A stretch of 55,462 nt of DNA, counting the filler, from Squatina squatina (lineage: Eukaryota), in NCBI GenBank assembly GCA_031763465.1. It is 3 parts of 3 records of this genome, joined end to end, with 100 filler letters (N's around TTAATTAATTAA, not from the genome) between each part and the next. Parts side by side here need not be neighbours in the genome. Positions count along the whole stretch, not along the records: positions 1 to 19,876 come from JARFOE010000016.1; 2 more parts are not named here. One strand, 5' to 3'. The position numbers were made by a program, and so were the translations under genes. Shown here one piece after another: positions 1 to 11,236 of the stretch. The stretch's first letter is position 1. Every line of letters starts with the position of its first letter. Under the pieces are notes generated by a model. The model made no database searches. It was not told the DNA's origin and saw only the letters and a list, made by a program, of their open reading frames with translations.

Positions 1-258
1 GCCCTGTGACATCATAAAATGTCGCCCTGTGACGAATGTCCCCTTTAAGCAGTGCGGCTGTGTGGCCTTGCAACCGCGCAGCGCTCTGGAGCTATTAAAT
101 GGGAAAAACCGCGCATGTGCGGTATTTTGAATGGGCTGTCAGCCCCTCAAAAGATTAAAGGGAACATTGCCTGTGGCATCATAAAATGCCACCCGGTGAC
201 ATCATAAAATGCCACCCGGTGACATCATAAATGCCACCCTATGACATCACAACTGGTG
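1..258. repeat. ~23-bp tandem repeat (GTGACATCATAAAATGCCACCCG-like unit), interrupted by a MITE
   Basis: TGACATCATAAAATG(T/C)C recurs at ~7, ~175 (TGGC variant), ~198, ~220 and, degenerate, ~242. Confidence 0.8.
34..169. mobile_element. 136-bp non-autonomous hAT-type MITE
   Basis: 15-bp TIRs GAATGTCCCCTTTAA (34-48) and TTAAAGGGAACATTG (155-169) match 13/15; flanking 8-mers CCTGTGAC (26-33) and CCTGTGGC (170-177) form a TSD. Confidence 0.75.
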
Positions 259-1661
259 ACGGTGGATCGTGGGTAAAATGCAATCTTGCTAATGTCTCAG
301 CGAGGTCAGGTCTGTGCATAATGTGAATGGGGGGAGTGGAGCAGCCCAACTCGGACTATCACAGGACAAATAATCCCAAGTTTGTTCAAGGTGCCTTGTC
401 CAGATGGCAGGAGAAGGAGATTACCTTTTGCAGGGTGATAACTACAGTTGTTCCAGTTGTTCCATTTCAGGCTAATTCCTGGCTCTGCACCCATCACGAG
501 TTCGAGTTGGACCCAACAAATTCAGTCCAATCCACCGAGAAGTTAAGCATGTTCCTTCACTGTGCAACCGCTTTTATCTCGTGGATTTTGTATGACTCCC
601 TCAAACTCAGGTTAAAGGCAGCGTATTGCATGATATAGAGTGACTGGTCATTGGGGAAGGTTCATTGATCCATGTGTAGATGTGTTTAGTCACTCCCCAG
701 CAGGTTGAGTCAGCTGCAAGTAAAGTGGCGTTACTTTCATTTCGGAAAAGCATTCAGGACTAACCTCCCATTGTTCTTGTCCCAATGACAGTCTATTGAG
801 GGATCCATGTTCACCCTCAGTCTTGGTGACTGGATGGAGTTGCCCGACCTTCCCTTCAGGGACTGGATGAGGGCCAAGAGAAGGTAAAGGCTTTTCTATG
901 TTTTAAACGACAGCACATGCACAATATGTTTGCCGGATTTTGTCTCCTCCTGTTCTGAAGGCTTGGTGGTTTGAGAGTATGTCAGTACTTCACCAAAGTG
1001 GCTATTGAGCCTCGGCAGAGATTAGTGGAGGCGTAGGAATCCTGGCTAATTGTAGGGCGTCTACTGGCCCTCTAGCACCAGTGATCTAACCTGGTTAGTA
1101 TGTCATTCCGTGCCACACCGAGAGCCAAATAAAGAAGGCTTGCAGCCCCGAGCACTGAGAACAATCACAGCCTCCTCCCACCCCCGCACAACCGCCCACT
1201 TCTCCCTCTCCCCGCCTCATTCCAGCGGGGAAGGCTGGGCTGCTGCTCCCCGGCACTGGGACTCTCAGGCCTCGATGGGCAGCTCCTTCTTCCAGTGAGA
1301 TGTGGGTGTGAGCTCCTCAGGGTGTGATAGGATGGTAGGCTGTTGGGCACAGTTCATCGCCCATGGCGGGGGCTCCATATATGGCCGGGGTGCCTGGGCA
1401 CCGGTCCCGTAGGCCTGTGTGTTAATGTGCCGCACCCTGGACACCATGGTCAGAAACTTCAGCAGCTGAGTGTCAGGGGAGCTCAAATTTTTACTTTTAC
1501 TGCAGGAATGGAGAGCAAAATCGAGCGGGTGTAAGAGGGGCAATTGATTCGCTCTTGCCCGTCTTAAATCTGGCTGTGCAGTGACAATTCTACCCACTGG
1601 GCACACCCTGAACTGGATAAATCGCGCATCCAGGAGTTACCTGAGGTACCTCCTCCATCTC

Positions 1662-1742
1662 TAGAGAGGCTCCAGTATGATTTGGACAGGTTGGGTGAGT
1701 GGGCAAATGCCTGGCAGATGAAGTATAATGTCGATAAATGTG
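1662..1742 (+). mobile_element. CR1 LINE ORF2 fragment
   Basis: Translates DLDRLGEWANAWQMKYNVDKC, a typical CR1 RT C-terminal motif; cut by a gap. Confidence 0.8.
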
Positions 1743-2105
1743 NNNNNNNNNNNNNNNNNNNNNNNNNNNNNNNNNNNNNNNNNNNNNNNNNNNNNNNNNN
1801 NNNNNNNNNNNNNNNNNNNNNNNNNNNNNNNNNNNNNNNNNNAGACATCATGATTTGTCCCCCTGACTATAAGTAGTTTCCGTGGATTGCTGACTGATCT
1901 TTGACCCACACCTACCATTGGCGCTCCTAGGTGGTACAAGAGGTAAAGTGGGGCGGATTTCCTTCTTATTTGACCCTTCCTCGAAGTGCCTGTTCATCAC
2001 CTCCCCCCAACACACCCGACCCACTGTGAGCTCCCCGATGCACCATGTGGCGTGGTAGCAGCGGTGAGGGAAGATCTCCCGCTGACACTTTGTCCTCTCT
2101 TCCAG

Positions 2106-2262
2106 TGTGCGACTCAATGGCTAACAACGAAACTAATTTGGAGGGTGTGGGCTCGGCACGGTCCTGGTACACGGACCATCGGCTGGGGCTGTCTGCCATC
2201 TGCCTCCTGGTCATCCTGCCTCTATCAGTCCCCGAGGAGCTTGGCTTTCAGAAGTACATCAG
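2106..2262 (+). CDS. SLC38A8: Internal exon of SLC38-family amino acid transporter, most likely SLC38A8
   Basis: Polypyrimidine + CCAG acceptor, AG|GTACAG donor. Peptide CDSMANNETNLEGVGSARSWYTDHRLGLSAICLLVILPLSVPEELGFQKYI resembles SLC38A8 (LCDS...WYADQRF...LVILPLSAPREIAFQKY). Convergent with NECAB2 as in human. SLC38A7 is the alternative. Confidence 0.8.
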
Positions 2263-2550
2263 GTACAGCTATCCGACAGCGTGGCAGCAATGCCCCTCTA
2301 GTGTATTGCACTGTATTAGCTTGAACTTGGACTTGCAATGGGGACTGGGAATTATGTCAATCGAAGGCAGTAAAATGCCTCTCGGGTGGGGCAAGAGGAG
2401 ATAGGGCGCGGCCCAAGATTCTCGGGTGGATGTGCATCTGAACTCCATCCNNNNNNNNNNNNNNNNNNNNNNNNNNNNNNNNNNNNNNNNNNNNNNNNNN
2501 NNNNNNNNNNNNNNNNNNNNNNNNNNNNNNNNNNNNNNNNNNNNNNNNNN

Positions 2551-2812
2551 TGGAGAGTGAGACTGAGAAAAATANNNNNNNNNNNNNNNNNNNNNNNNNN
2601 NNNNNNNNNNNNNNNNNNNNNNNNNNNNNNNNNNNNNNNNNNNNNNNNNNNNNNNNNNNNNNNNNNNNNNNNNNNNNNNNNNNNNNNNNNNNNNNNNNNN
2701 NNNNNNNNGAGAGGGAGATAGAGAGAGACTGGTGGAGATAGACAGATACAGACACAGCAAGAGGGAGACTGAGAGATAAACAGCAAAACAGAGAGAGACA
2801 AAGAGACAGAAG
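2551..2812. repeat. GA-rich simple/low-complexity repeat flanking gaps
   Basis: GAGA/GACA runs next to N blocks. Confidence 0.6.
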
Positions 2813-3091
2813 GGGGTATGTTACTAATCCCCCAACCCCGCCAATGCCCCAACCACGAGACGTCCAGTTTAACCTGAGGCGAAAGGTTAAAGTCAATGTC
2901 CCCACCCTGAAACACATAGTTGCCTTTCTCATTGTTCAGGAGATCTTTTCACACAGGCCCCAGCTGAAGTGATGTTCGACCTGTCCTCACTGTGCTGCAC
3001 CAAGACACTGTGTTACTGCCGCCCCTGCCTGTGTCCAGTGACCAGATGAGGAACCACTCCCCAATGCCAGGCCCCCTCCCGTCAGGCTCAC

Positions 3092-3189
3092 CTTCTTAGT
3101 GTAGTCCATAGCTTTCAGAATCGAAAGGTTTAGTGTCTCCAGGCAGGCAAGGACATCCTCAGAGTCTCCCATGTGGGAGGCAAAGTAAT
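3092..3189 (-). CDS. NECAB2: NECAB2 internal exon (98 nt)
   Basis: TTTCTAG acceptor, AAG|GTGAG donor. Peptide (D)[32 protein letters not shown] matches NECAB2 [33 protein letters not shown]. Confidence 0.9.
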
Positions 3190-3709
3190 CTAGAAAGAGT
3201 GAGAGCAGAACATGGGTGAGTGTTGGTCTGATCGTCACTCCAGTAACTAAAGGGGCTTTGACCCCAACCCCATGCCCACCCATCACACCTGCAATTCTTA
3301 CATTCTTCATTGCTCCGGAAAGTGCTGAGTCTCGTTGGAGCACAGGTCCACGGGGAGCGGAAGATACGTGATCGCACCCATAGACACACGCCTTGTCTGT
3401 CAGTCCAGAAAGGGAGGAGGCAACAAACTATTTGACAGTGTGGAGCTTCACTGATGAGGGGATCCTGTCCCCCACCAACACCCACATGGTTTCTCACAGG
3501 AGTCACAGGACAGGCGTCAGTGGAGGAAACCCCAGAGGATTGCCCCCTCAATAAACCACGTTCGTTGAAGTCAATGTAACTCCCGACCGCTGCCATGACT
3601 GGGATCACAGCCTTAGCAGTGAACCTTCCACAATTCTATTATAAAAAACTGACATACAGGGCAGATGCGAACAAGCTACAGGGGGTTCTGAAATTCATAT
3701 CGCACCCGA

Positions 3710-4119
3710 CCGCACTCTCTCTCACTCTCTCTCGATACCGCACTTTCTCAGTCTCGCTCTCTCAGTCCCACACTCTCTCACTCTCTCTCAGTATCGCAGT
3801 CTCTCACTCTCGGTACCGTACTCTCTCTCTCATTCTCTCTTGGTGTCGGACTCTCAATTTTTCTCTTGGTCCCGCTGTCTCTCACTCTCTGTACCGCAGT
3901 CACCCACTCTCTCTCGGTACTGCTTTCTCTCACTCTCTCTCGGTACCGCACTCCCTAACTCCCACTCAGTACTGCACTCTCTCACTCTCTCTCGGTATCG
4001 CATTCTCTCACACTCTCTCTCAGTACTGCACTCTGTCACACTCTCTCAGTAACAGTCTGTCACTCTTGGTGTGGTGTTATCTCACTCTCTCTCAGTCCCG
4101 CATTCCCTCACTCTCTCTC
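3710..4119. repeat. Degenerate CT-rich minisatellite (~26-bp unit CTCTCTCTCGGTACCGCACTCTCTCA)
   Basis: Repeated CTCTCTC(G/A)GTA(C/T)(C/T)GCACTCT blocks running into a gap. Confidence 0.8.
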
Positions 4120-4835
4120 NNNNNNNNNNNNNNNNNNNNNNNNNNNNNNNNNNNNNNNNNNNNNNNNNNNNNNNNNNNNNNNNNNNNNNNNNNNNNNNNN
4201 NNNNNNNNNNNNNNNNNNNTCCCCATAGCCCTGCAATTCTTTTCTGCTTCAATTATTTGAGCTCCATCCCAAGCCCTATCGGCACCAGACTGAGCGACTT
4301 CCTAAAACAGGCGTCTGCCCTTTCATACCGCCCATTTCAGGAGCCCCTGCACTAAATTGGCGAGCCATTCTTCAGCGGTCGCTGTGGCCTGAGGCACCAG
4401 AATGTTGTGCTCCTCGGCTTGACAGCGCTCCTGAGGGCTACGGATCGTGGGTGATCGGGCCCTCGCACCGTCCTACCCCCAAACACCAACTGCTGTCAGC
4501 GAGGCAGACGACCCCAAATTAGAACACAGGCAATGGGCGACCTGCATCTGCAAGCACAGACACCTCGGCCTAACTATTGAGAAGAGGCCTAAGCCTGTGG
4601 CCCAATTTCAGGTTAGCCTCGGGGCTGTCCGTTAAGGTCGGACGCTCTGTATGACCCCCAAAAGCAGGCTGCATCCAATTTTGTACCCCTGCATCACAAG
4701 TTTGCAACCTTCATGAACTTCCAAGCAGGGCAGTGAACAGGCGTAAATCCCATGTGGGTTTTCACCTGAGATCCAATTCTCCTCATGTCAAGGCAGCCTG
4801 AGGGGATCAGGTAGATGTTGGAGGAATGGACTTAC

Positions 4836-4944
4836 TTGGTGTTGTCAGAGTCTATTCTATGAAAGAGATTTTCCAGTTCTTCTTCATTGAGTGTCCCGTC
4901 AGAAAAAAATGCCCGGAATTCATCCAAGGACAATTTGCCATCGT
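4836..4944 (-). CDS. NECAB2: NECAB2 EF-hand exon (109 nt)
   Basis: TTCCAG acceptor, AA|GTAAG donor. Peptide [36 protein letters not shown] matches NECAB2 [36 protein letters not shown]. Confidence 0.92.
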
Positions 4945-5294
4945 CTGGAACAGAAGAAACAGAGGGGTCAAAGTGCCAGCAACTGTGGTCTACAGCAACA
5001 GAATCAATCCAGGCACAGTGAGAGCCACCATTCACAGTAAAAACAGAACAGCAGCACTCCAACCCCACACACTGTCCTGCATATGACACAACACCAACAA
5101 AAACAAGCACTTAAAGAGTGCCTTATACACAGTAAAACACNNNNNNNNNNNNNNNNNNNNNNNNNNNNNNNNNNNNNNNNNNNNNNNNNNNNNNNNNNNN
5201 NNNNNNNNNNNNNNNNNNNNNNNNNNNNNNNNNNNNNNNNCACCCGGGGACATCGCAGTTTCAGGGCCATTGTCAAAACAACATTATATATTAC

Positions 5295-5465
5295 CATCTT
5301 CGGTATCCTTCAGCATCTGCTCCAGAGCAGCTTTGGCACACAATTCCCGAGCCCGTATAGCTGCAGCTGTGGTACCACTTGAAACTGCTTCCCATACAAC
5401 AGCATCTATGGTCAAATAGGCAGCTTGATAATACTTTGCAAGGAAGACAGCAGTGTTTGATTTTC
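5295..5465 (-). CDS. HYDIN: HYDIN exon (kinase-like/P-loop region)
   Basis: CACAG acceptor, G|GTAATA donor. Peptide GKSNTAVFLAKYYQAAYLTIDAVVWEAVSSGTTAAAIRARELCAKAALEQMLKD resembles HYDIN GKSANAVSVAKYYNAACLSIDSIVLEAV...IRACELCIRAAIEQ. Confidence 0.85.
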
Positions 5466-5574
5466 CTGTGACAAAACATGAGAAAGCACATGACAAGATC
5501 AGAAGCTGCCAAAAAATTAGAAGTAGGAGTTTCTATCGAATCAATATGATCAAAATGTCCACATCCAGTTACTT

Positions 5575-5880
5575 AATGGCTCTGTGGGTAAGTGCACTGA
5601 GTCAGATGGGCCAACAAGTTGCCAAGATTCAATCCTCTGACAGTCCTGAGACACCTGATCAAAGCTGGAGCAACTACAATTGGTCTCAGCACCTCCAGGT
5701 TAGGGAGGAGAAAGATTAGCCAAGGTTCCTGCTTCTGATCGCCACCTAAAGGCTCCAGATGGAAAATGGATAGATATTAGATGAGCGGATGACTGGACCC
5801 AGTTGTGAACTCTGGACAATCAAACTCCTTGGCAATATTCATTGTCGAAGTTCACACCTAAGAAATGGCCACTTGGAACC
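5575..5880 (+). mobile_element. Degraded tRNA-derived SINE
   Basis: tRNA-like head (GGCTCTGTGGGTAAG...GATTCAATCC), then CAATTGGTCTCAGCACC...GGTTCCTGCTTCTGATCGC...AAATGGCCACTTGG, recalled as a shark SINE body. Confidence 0.45.
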
Positions 5881-6864
5881 AAAACTACACCATCGGGGGA
5901 GATGGGAACGAAATCCTGAAAAATAGATCTTAAAATAAGGGGGCTGGTAATGTGAACTGTGCTGGGAACACATTATACTGCAAGGTGAGATTAGTTGTCT
6001 GGGAAAAGAGGGTGAGTTATCCAGGGTGAACTCCTCTTAAAGGGCTGCTGGTCAAGCAGAAAGCTTAACTCCTCCCAAAGAGGAAAAATGGCTGCTGCAC
6101 GCACTCACACCATTTTGCTGCTGAAGATTTCCTTCTTCCCCGACCCCGTGAGGCACACTGCCAAAGCAGCCTGGATAGAGTTGGTTTTAAGAATAAATGT
6201 TGTCTCACCTAGGCACTAAATCTGGGAACAGTCAAAGAGGAAAGCAGGTCTGCGGGGAAAGAGCAGGGGAGTGGGACTAATTGGAGAGCTCTTTTCAACA
6301 GTCAGCACAACCAAGATAGGCCGAAAGGCTGCTTCTGTGAAATCTGCTGGTCTTATGAAGGTAGATAAAGGAAGTTCAGCTCTCATTTAGCTTAATTTTA
6401 TTATCTATGATTGCAGGGAATTGTAATACAATTTCTTTAGTTCAAACAGAGGCTGCTTCCAAAGTAATTTGGTAGCTCAGTAACAGGACTTCGTTCGGTC
6501 ATTCGAGAATGTGCCAATCAGCCTTAACAGCTCACGGGCATCGCTGGAGTCACCGTGAACCAGGATGCTCATCTGGGACTGGATGTCGGATAAGCAGCCT
6601 GACATCACAGAGGCAGTGAAGGGTGGGGCAGAGAAAGAGCAGAGCACAGTCAGTGTACACCTGGAAACTGGCCCCATGTTTGCAGATGATGACGGGGCAA
6701 CATACAGATGAGAAACAGAAGGGAGGGAAAAATAGATTTTTTGGTNNNNNNNNNNNNNNNNNNNNNNNNNNNNNNNNNNNNNNNNNNNNNNNNNNNNNNN
6801 NNNNNNNNNNNNNNNNNNNNNNNNNNNNNNNNNNNNNNNNNNNNNTTTATTTCTGAACACGTAC

Positions 6865-7039
6865 CACTTTCGCCTCCAGTGACCTCGAAGCCTTTACTCT
6901 TTGCTTGTTCCTGTTCCTCTTGGATTAGAGTCTGCTCTTTGTAGTATTCCAGTAATTCAAATGGAAGCCTCTCGCCTGGTTGCCTTGGCGGCAGCATTAA
7001 GGTGTTATCTGAACTGTAGCCCTTCATCATCCTCAGAAC
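6865..7039 (-). CDS. HYDIN: HYDIN exon
   Basis: AAAG acceptor, G|GTACGT donor. Peptide VLRMMKGYSSDNTLMLPPRQPGERLPFELLEYYKEQ resembles HYDIN ILRMQKGYDSYNTLLLPPRNPGEKLPPELYEYFKE. Confidence 0.85.
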
Positions 7040-7334
7040 CTTTCAGGGTAAAGATGGATCAGAGGGTTCAGCATTAAAGGATGGTTCAAAATGTTAAAAA
7101 AAAAAACTGCTTTCTTTTAACAAAACTTTAACCAGCGGGCAGTGCAGCTTGCAGCATGTGTTATACCGCAGAATAGTAGAATAGTAGAATCTCCGTCCTG
7201 CCTGCCATCAGGTACAGTGGGTAGTGACCAGGAGCTTCAGGCTCCCAGGTACAACCTGCTGCACCAAACACCATGCCGCCTGCTCCGTCTTCACAAAGTC
7301 ACTTCCGCGCAGCCAAGACATTCAATCATCTTGA

Positions 7335-7505
7335 TTTTATTCTGGTCTCAAATGAGGTTAGAAAATTTCATTCATTTTGCCTCCAATTTCCATTCTTCCC
7401 TCACCTTCACATGGTCCAAACTCTGACACTTCCCTTCCATTCCTCTACTTATCTGTCTCCATTTCTGGGGATAGACTCCTCACAAACATCTATTATAAGC
7501 CCACT
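7335..7505 (+). mobile_element. Penelope-like element RT fragment
   Basis: LENFIHFASNFHSSLTFTWS...SISGDRLLTNIYYKPT; homologous to the copy at ~27595-27750. Confidence 0.8.
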
Positions 7506-8415
7506 NNNNNNNNNNNNNNNNNNNNNNNNNNNNNNNNNNNNNNNNNNNNNNNNNNNNNNNNNNNNNNNNNNNNNNNNNNNNNNNNNNNNNNNNNNNNNNN
7601 NNNNNCTCCGCTACTCACTGATACAAGTCCCACTGTAGTAATTGTGAATGATTTTTATGTATGATCACAGTTTATGTTAAAGGTTAACAAAAGTCCAGTG
7701 GAAGAATCTTTAATTCAAACAACTGCCCCATTTTACATTGGTAAAAGGTATGTGCATGTGTTGCCTGAGAAAAAGGCAAATATTTTCCCAAAAGAGCCTG
7801 GCCTCTCTCTCATTGCTGGAGGACTGATGTATGTTGTCATTGGGGAAGCGTCTCCAATGAAAGGAAGAGAGCCCCCAACTTTGACAGCTGATGAAGCACA
7901 GAAATGCCTGCTCCAGTTTTCATACTTTGCATTCGGACTGGTCCAAAGTTACAAGCTCCAGATACTTCCAATCAAGGTGCTCAAGCATCCCAAGATGCAA
8001 TGTTGGCAGGTGGTACAAACCCAAACTAACAAAACCTCCATTCAGGCAAGAAAAAGGACACTGAATGTGTTGTGACAATTCCTTCTCTCGGTATAAAATG
8101 GGAAACACTTGAATAAAGGCGGCTGCTCCGCCGTCTGCCCTTCGTCATGTGACAAAGCTCCTGATAATTGGATCCATGAAGTAGCTGAAGCCACAAGGAG
8201 CGCTCGAGACAGCGACCATTGTAGCTTTTAAGGGAAAATTGGATAATATCTGAAGCGGAGGCAGACACAAGGATATGGGGAGAGAATGGGGCAGTGGAAT
8301 TAGTTTTCGACTGCTCCAGTAAAGAGCTGGCACAGAAGCAATACTCCTGATCTGTGAACATCCCATGTTCTCTGAAGCAGCGGTCAGTAGATAAACAGCA
8401 TTTTGTTGAACTAAC

Positions 8416-8625
8416 CTGGTGACCGTAGTCGATCTCATTTCTATCGAATGCATATTTGATAACGGACGCTTCTCCTTTCAGCGTAATCTCATATGTTGGC
8501 CCACCTTCCACCTCACATATTGCTTTCACCTCACTCATGATGTTCATGTGGCCATAAAATGTGAAGGTCACCTGTTGAACGTCGTTTGGCTGCAGAACAC
8601 CGAACAGCGGAAGGATGTCAAACAC
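8416..8625 (-). CDS. HYDIN: HYDIN exon (ASH/Ig-like domain, 210 nt)
   Basis: GACAG acceptor, CAG|GTTAG donor, phase 0/0. Peptide VFDILPLFGVLQPNDVQQVTFTFYGH...CEVEGGPTYEITLKGEAS matches HYDIN. Confidence 0.92.
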
Positions 8626-8667
8626 CTGTCAGACAGAGGGACATGCAGTTAAACAGGAAAAAGGAAG

Positions 8668-8766
8668 AACTTGCATTGATATAGCACTTTTCACGACTGT
8701 AGGACAGCCTGAAGTGCTTTACAGCCAATTAAATACTTTTGAAGTGCAGTCACTGTTGTATTGTAG
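8668..8766 (-). mobile_element. DeuSINE-type SINE 3' tail fragment
   Basis: TTGCATTGATATAGCAC...AAGTGCTTTACAGCCAAT...GAAGTGCAGTCACTGTTGTA; same tail at ~16050, ~29900, ~45780. Confidence 0.65.
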
Positions 8767-9055
8767 TCGCAGTTAATAGTCTGAGACTTATCTCTTAGTT
8801 AAGGAGATTATTCCAGCCATGGTGAATGGACAGCAGTCCACTTCAGGTGAAGTGGTCTACATTGCACAGACTGGGAGATGTGCAGTCACAGGCCTCAAAT
8901 GCGTTAACGGTGACGCCAAGCTCTGCCTGTCACATGGTCATCGGGGAAGGGTCAAGTGCTGTTAATTTAACCTGCCCACTTTGTCCCTTATTTTCATCCT
9001 CTTTCCCTTCACAGCTCAATTTGTGTTTGCTTTTGCTTGAGAACGAGGGAAAGAA

Positions 9056-9415
9056 CTCGCATTTATATGTAGCACCAGATCACACCTCCCAAAGCATTTC
9101 ATATACCATGCATTATTTTGTAAGTATTTTCATTGTCGTTTNNNNNNNNNNNNNNNNNNNAGGGATGTTGGCCAGAGAATTGGTACATCTCTCTCTTCGA
9201 ATTGTGCCATGGGATCTTTTACATACACCCGAACCACCAGAGCAGGAAGGCATGGCCTTAGTTTCTCATCCCATCTGATGGCAGCACCTTTGAAAATGTA
9301 GCAGTCCCTCAGTACTGCACTACCGTTTGAGCCTTGATTCCATACTTAAGCACTAGAGCGAGGTTTGAACTCAGAACCTTCTGATTGTGGCGAGAGCTCT
9401 ACCAACTGAGCTGAG
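9056..9415 (-). mobile_element. tRNA-derived DeuSINE (SacSINE1/AmnSINE1-like), near full length
   Basis: Deu-like core GTGCCATGGGATCTTTTAC...TCCCTCAGTACTGCACT, tRNA-like head (TTTGAACTCAGAACCTTCTGA...CTACCAACTGAGC), tail CATTTATATGTAGCACC. Confidence 0.65.
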
Positions 9416-9699
9416 CTAACACTTGAAAACAAGAGAATGATCGATACAAGACCCTGAGGCAGATAGGGAAGAGGTTGCAATATCACAATATCTCCTTCAG
9501 ATTTGTGAGGGCTAGTGGGCATGCTTACTGCAAAACTACAACGAGGTTGGAAGAGTTTTTCCAGCAAACTTAGCGTTCGTGGGAAACTGATACGGCCTTC
9601 ATCACAGGAGTAAAAGACGTATCACAATATTGACACTCACCATCACTATTCGGGCCTTTGAAGGATGTTCAAGGACAGGTTATAAAGAACTCACTGGGT

Positions 9700-10250
9700 T
9701 TGGTGGAAATAGTAAATGAATACTTTGCATCGGTCTTCACCCTTGAAGATGATGCTGAGCTATTGGAATGTAATAATGTTACTAACAAAACTGGTAATAT
9801 TAACATATTCTTTTGGAAAGAATTAAGAACTTGAAAGTAGATAGAGCCGCTGGGCCAGATGATATCCACCCCAGGGTCCTCAGAGAGACGGGACATGTGC
9901 TGTGCGAGTCCCTAGCCTGTATTTTTAATAGCTCACTGCACTCTCGAATGGTTCCTATAGACTGGAAGGAAGCTCATGTAATCCCCATCTTTAAAAAAGG
10001 TTACAAGACATACCTGGGTAACTATCAGCCCATTAGTTTAACATCAATAATAGGTAAGATGCTTGAGGGAATCATTAGGGATGCAATATATGAATGCTTG
10101 GATAGAGAGGGACACACCCAACATGGCTTTGTAAAAAGGTCATGTCTTACAAATCAAATTGTATTTTTTGGAGAAGTTACGAAGTTGGTGGATGAGAGAA
10201 GTCCAGTAGAAATTGTCGACTTAGACTTCCAAAAAGCTTTTGATAAGATA
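9700..10250 (+). mobile_element. CR1 LINE ORF2 (RT) fragment
   Basis: AAGPDDIHPRVLRE...DWKEAHVIPIFKKG...NYQPISLTSIIGKMLE...QHGF...DLDFQKAFDK. Confidence 0.9.
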
Positions 10251-10922
10251 AGCATAAAACTGAGCGCGGGGCTTTGTTTTTACAGAGGCCCGGAAGCGGA
10301 GAGAGAGGCGNNNNNNNNNNNNNNNNNNNNNNNNNNNNNNNNNNNNNNNNNNNNNNNNNNNNNNNNNNNNNNNNNNNNNNNNNNNNNNNNNNNNNNNNNN
10401 NNNNNNNNNNAAAACTAAACTAGATTTACAGAGAGATGACCCCTTTAAGGAGAAATTTTCACTTAAAACTTAAGGCGTACAATTCCTCACTTACCAAATT
10501 CCCAACACTTTGTATGCTGCTACACTCAGATATTATTCCAAAGCTCAAAAGCCAATGACAGATCCTAAAAGGACAATATTTGCATGTGTCAGCTGAAACA
10601 GTCTACTTTCGTGATCTCTGCCGATGGTCAGCCCAATGCAAGCTGCCTCTGGCAATACTCAAGACAACACAATTTATACCATCCCTTTCCCTGCAGGGTC
10701 TGACATCGTTATCTTCACAATGGTTGTCATGAGCATGATTTATTGGCCAACCCATTATTGAGTTAAGCAGTTGCTTACCTAACCTGGCTTTTTTCACAAG
10801 GTTGACACTTTGATGTTTTCCTGTCGAGAGGTCTCATGATCAGCTCTCTTAACTGCAATAGGATCCAATATATTTTTTTAGAAAACACGATTGACACTGT
10901 GACAAACAATATGCTCTCCTAC

Positions 10923-11236
10923 CTGTCCCAGTATACTGAGTCACCAGAAAGGAAGGACCAGCGATATTTTACTAGCAGTGGACTGTAATTGGTCATCAGC
11001 ACATGGCGCACCATTTCAGTATCGTTCAGGATACAACCAAAATCCACCACAGTGGTTTCGAAGTGCAGGTTTGGGAAGTGCACCTCTCCCCTCAAAGGCA
11101 CATAATCCACGTGTGGGTGCTCCAAGTACTGGATTGTCATAACCTCCTCTGCTATACGTGTGTGCAAGTCATTCTTGTAAGATGGTTCAAACCGAATTAA
11201 CAGCTCTAGGTTTTCACCAACATCCAGTTCAGCCTT
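10923..11236 (-). CDS. HYDIN: HYDIN exon (314 nt)
   Basis: CACAG acceptor, AG|GTAGG donor. Peptide KAELDVGENLELLIRFEPSY...LRGEVHFPNLHFETTVVDFGCILNDTE...KYRWSFL matches HYDIN. Confidence 0.92.

Noticed and set aside
300-1640. Overlapping short ORFs
   Set aside because: No recognisable domain or splice structure; probably a decayed repeat I cannot classify
3595-4260. 221-aa Ser/Leu-rich ORF
   Set aside because: Translation of the CT-rich minisatellite plus a gap
6477-6598. Terminal-exon-like ORF GCLSDIQSQMSILVHGDSS...KSCY* within a HYDIN intron
   Set aside because: The LVHG resemblance to HYDIN is only four residues, there is no donor after it, and the acceptor is weak
10497-10566. Possible phase-compatible HYDIN exon (TTTTAG...TTG|GTAAGT)
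   Set aside because: Peptide ICHWLLSFGIISEC shows no similarity I can recognise; may be a cryptic site pair
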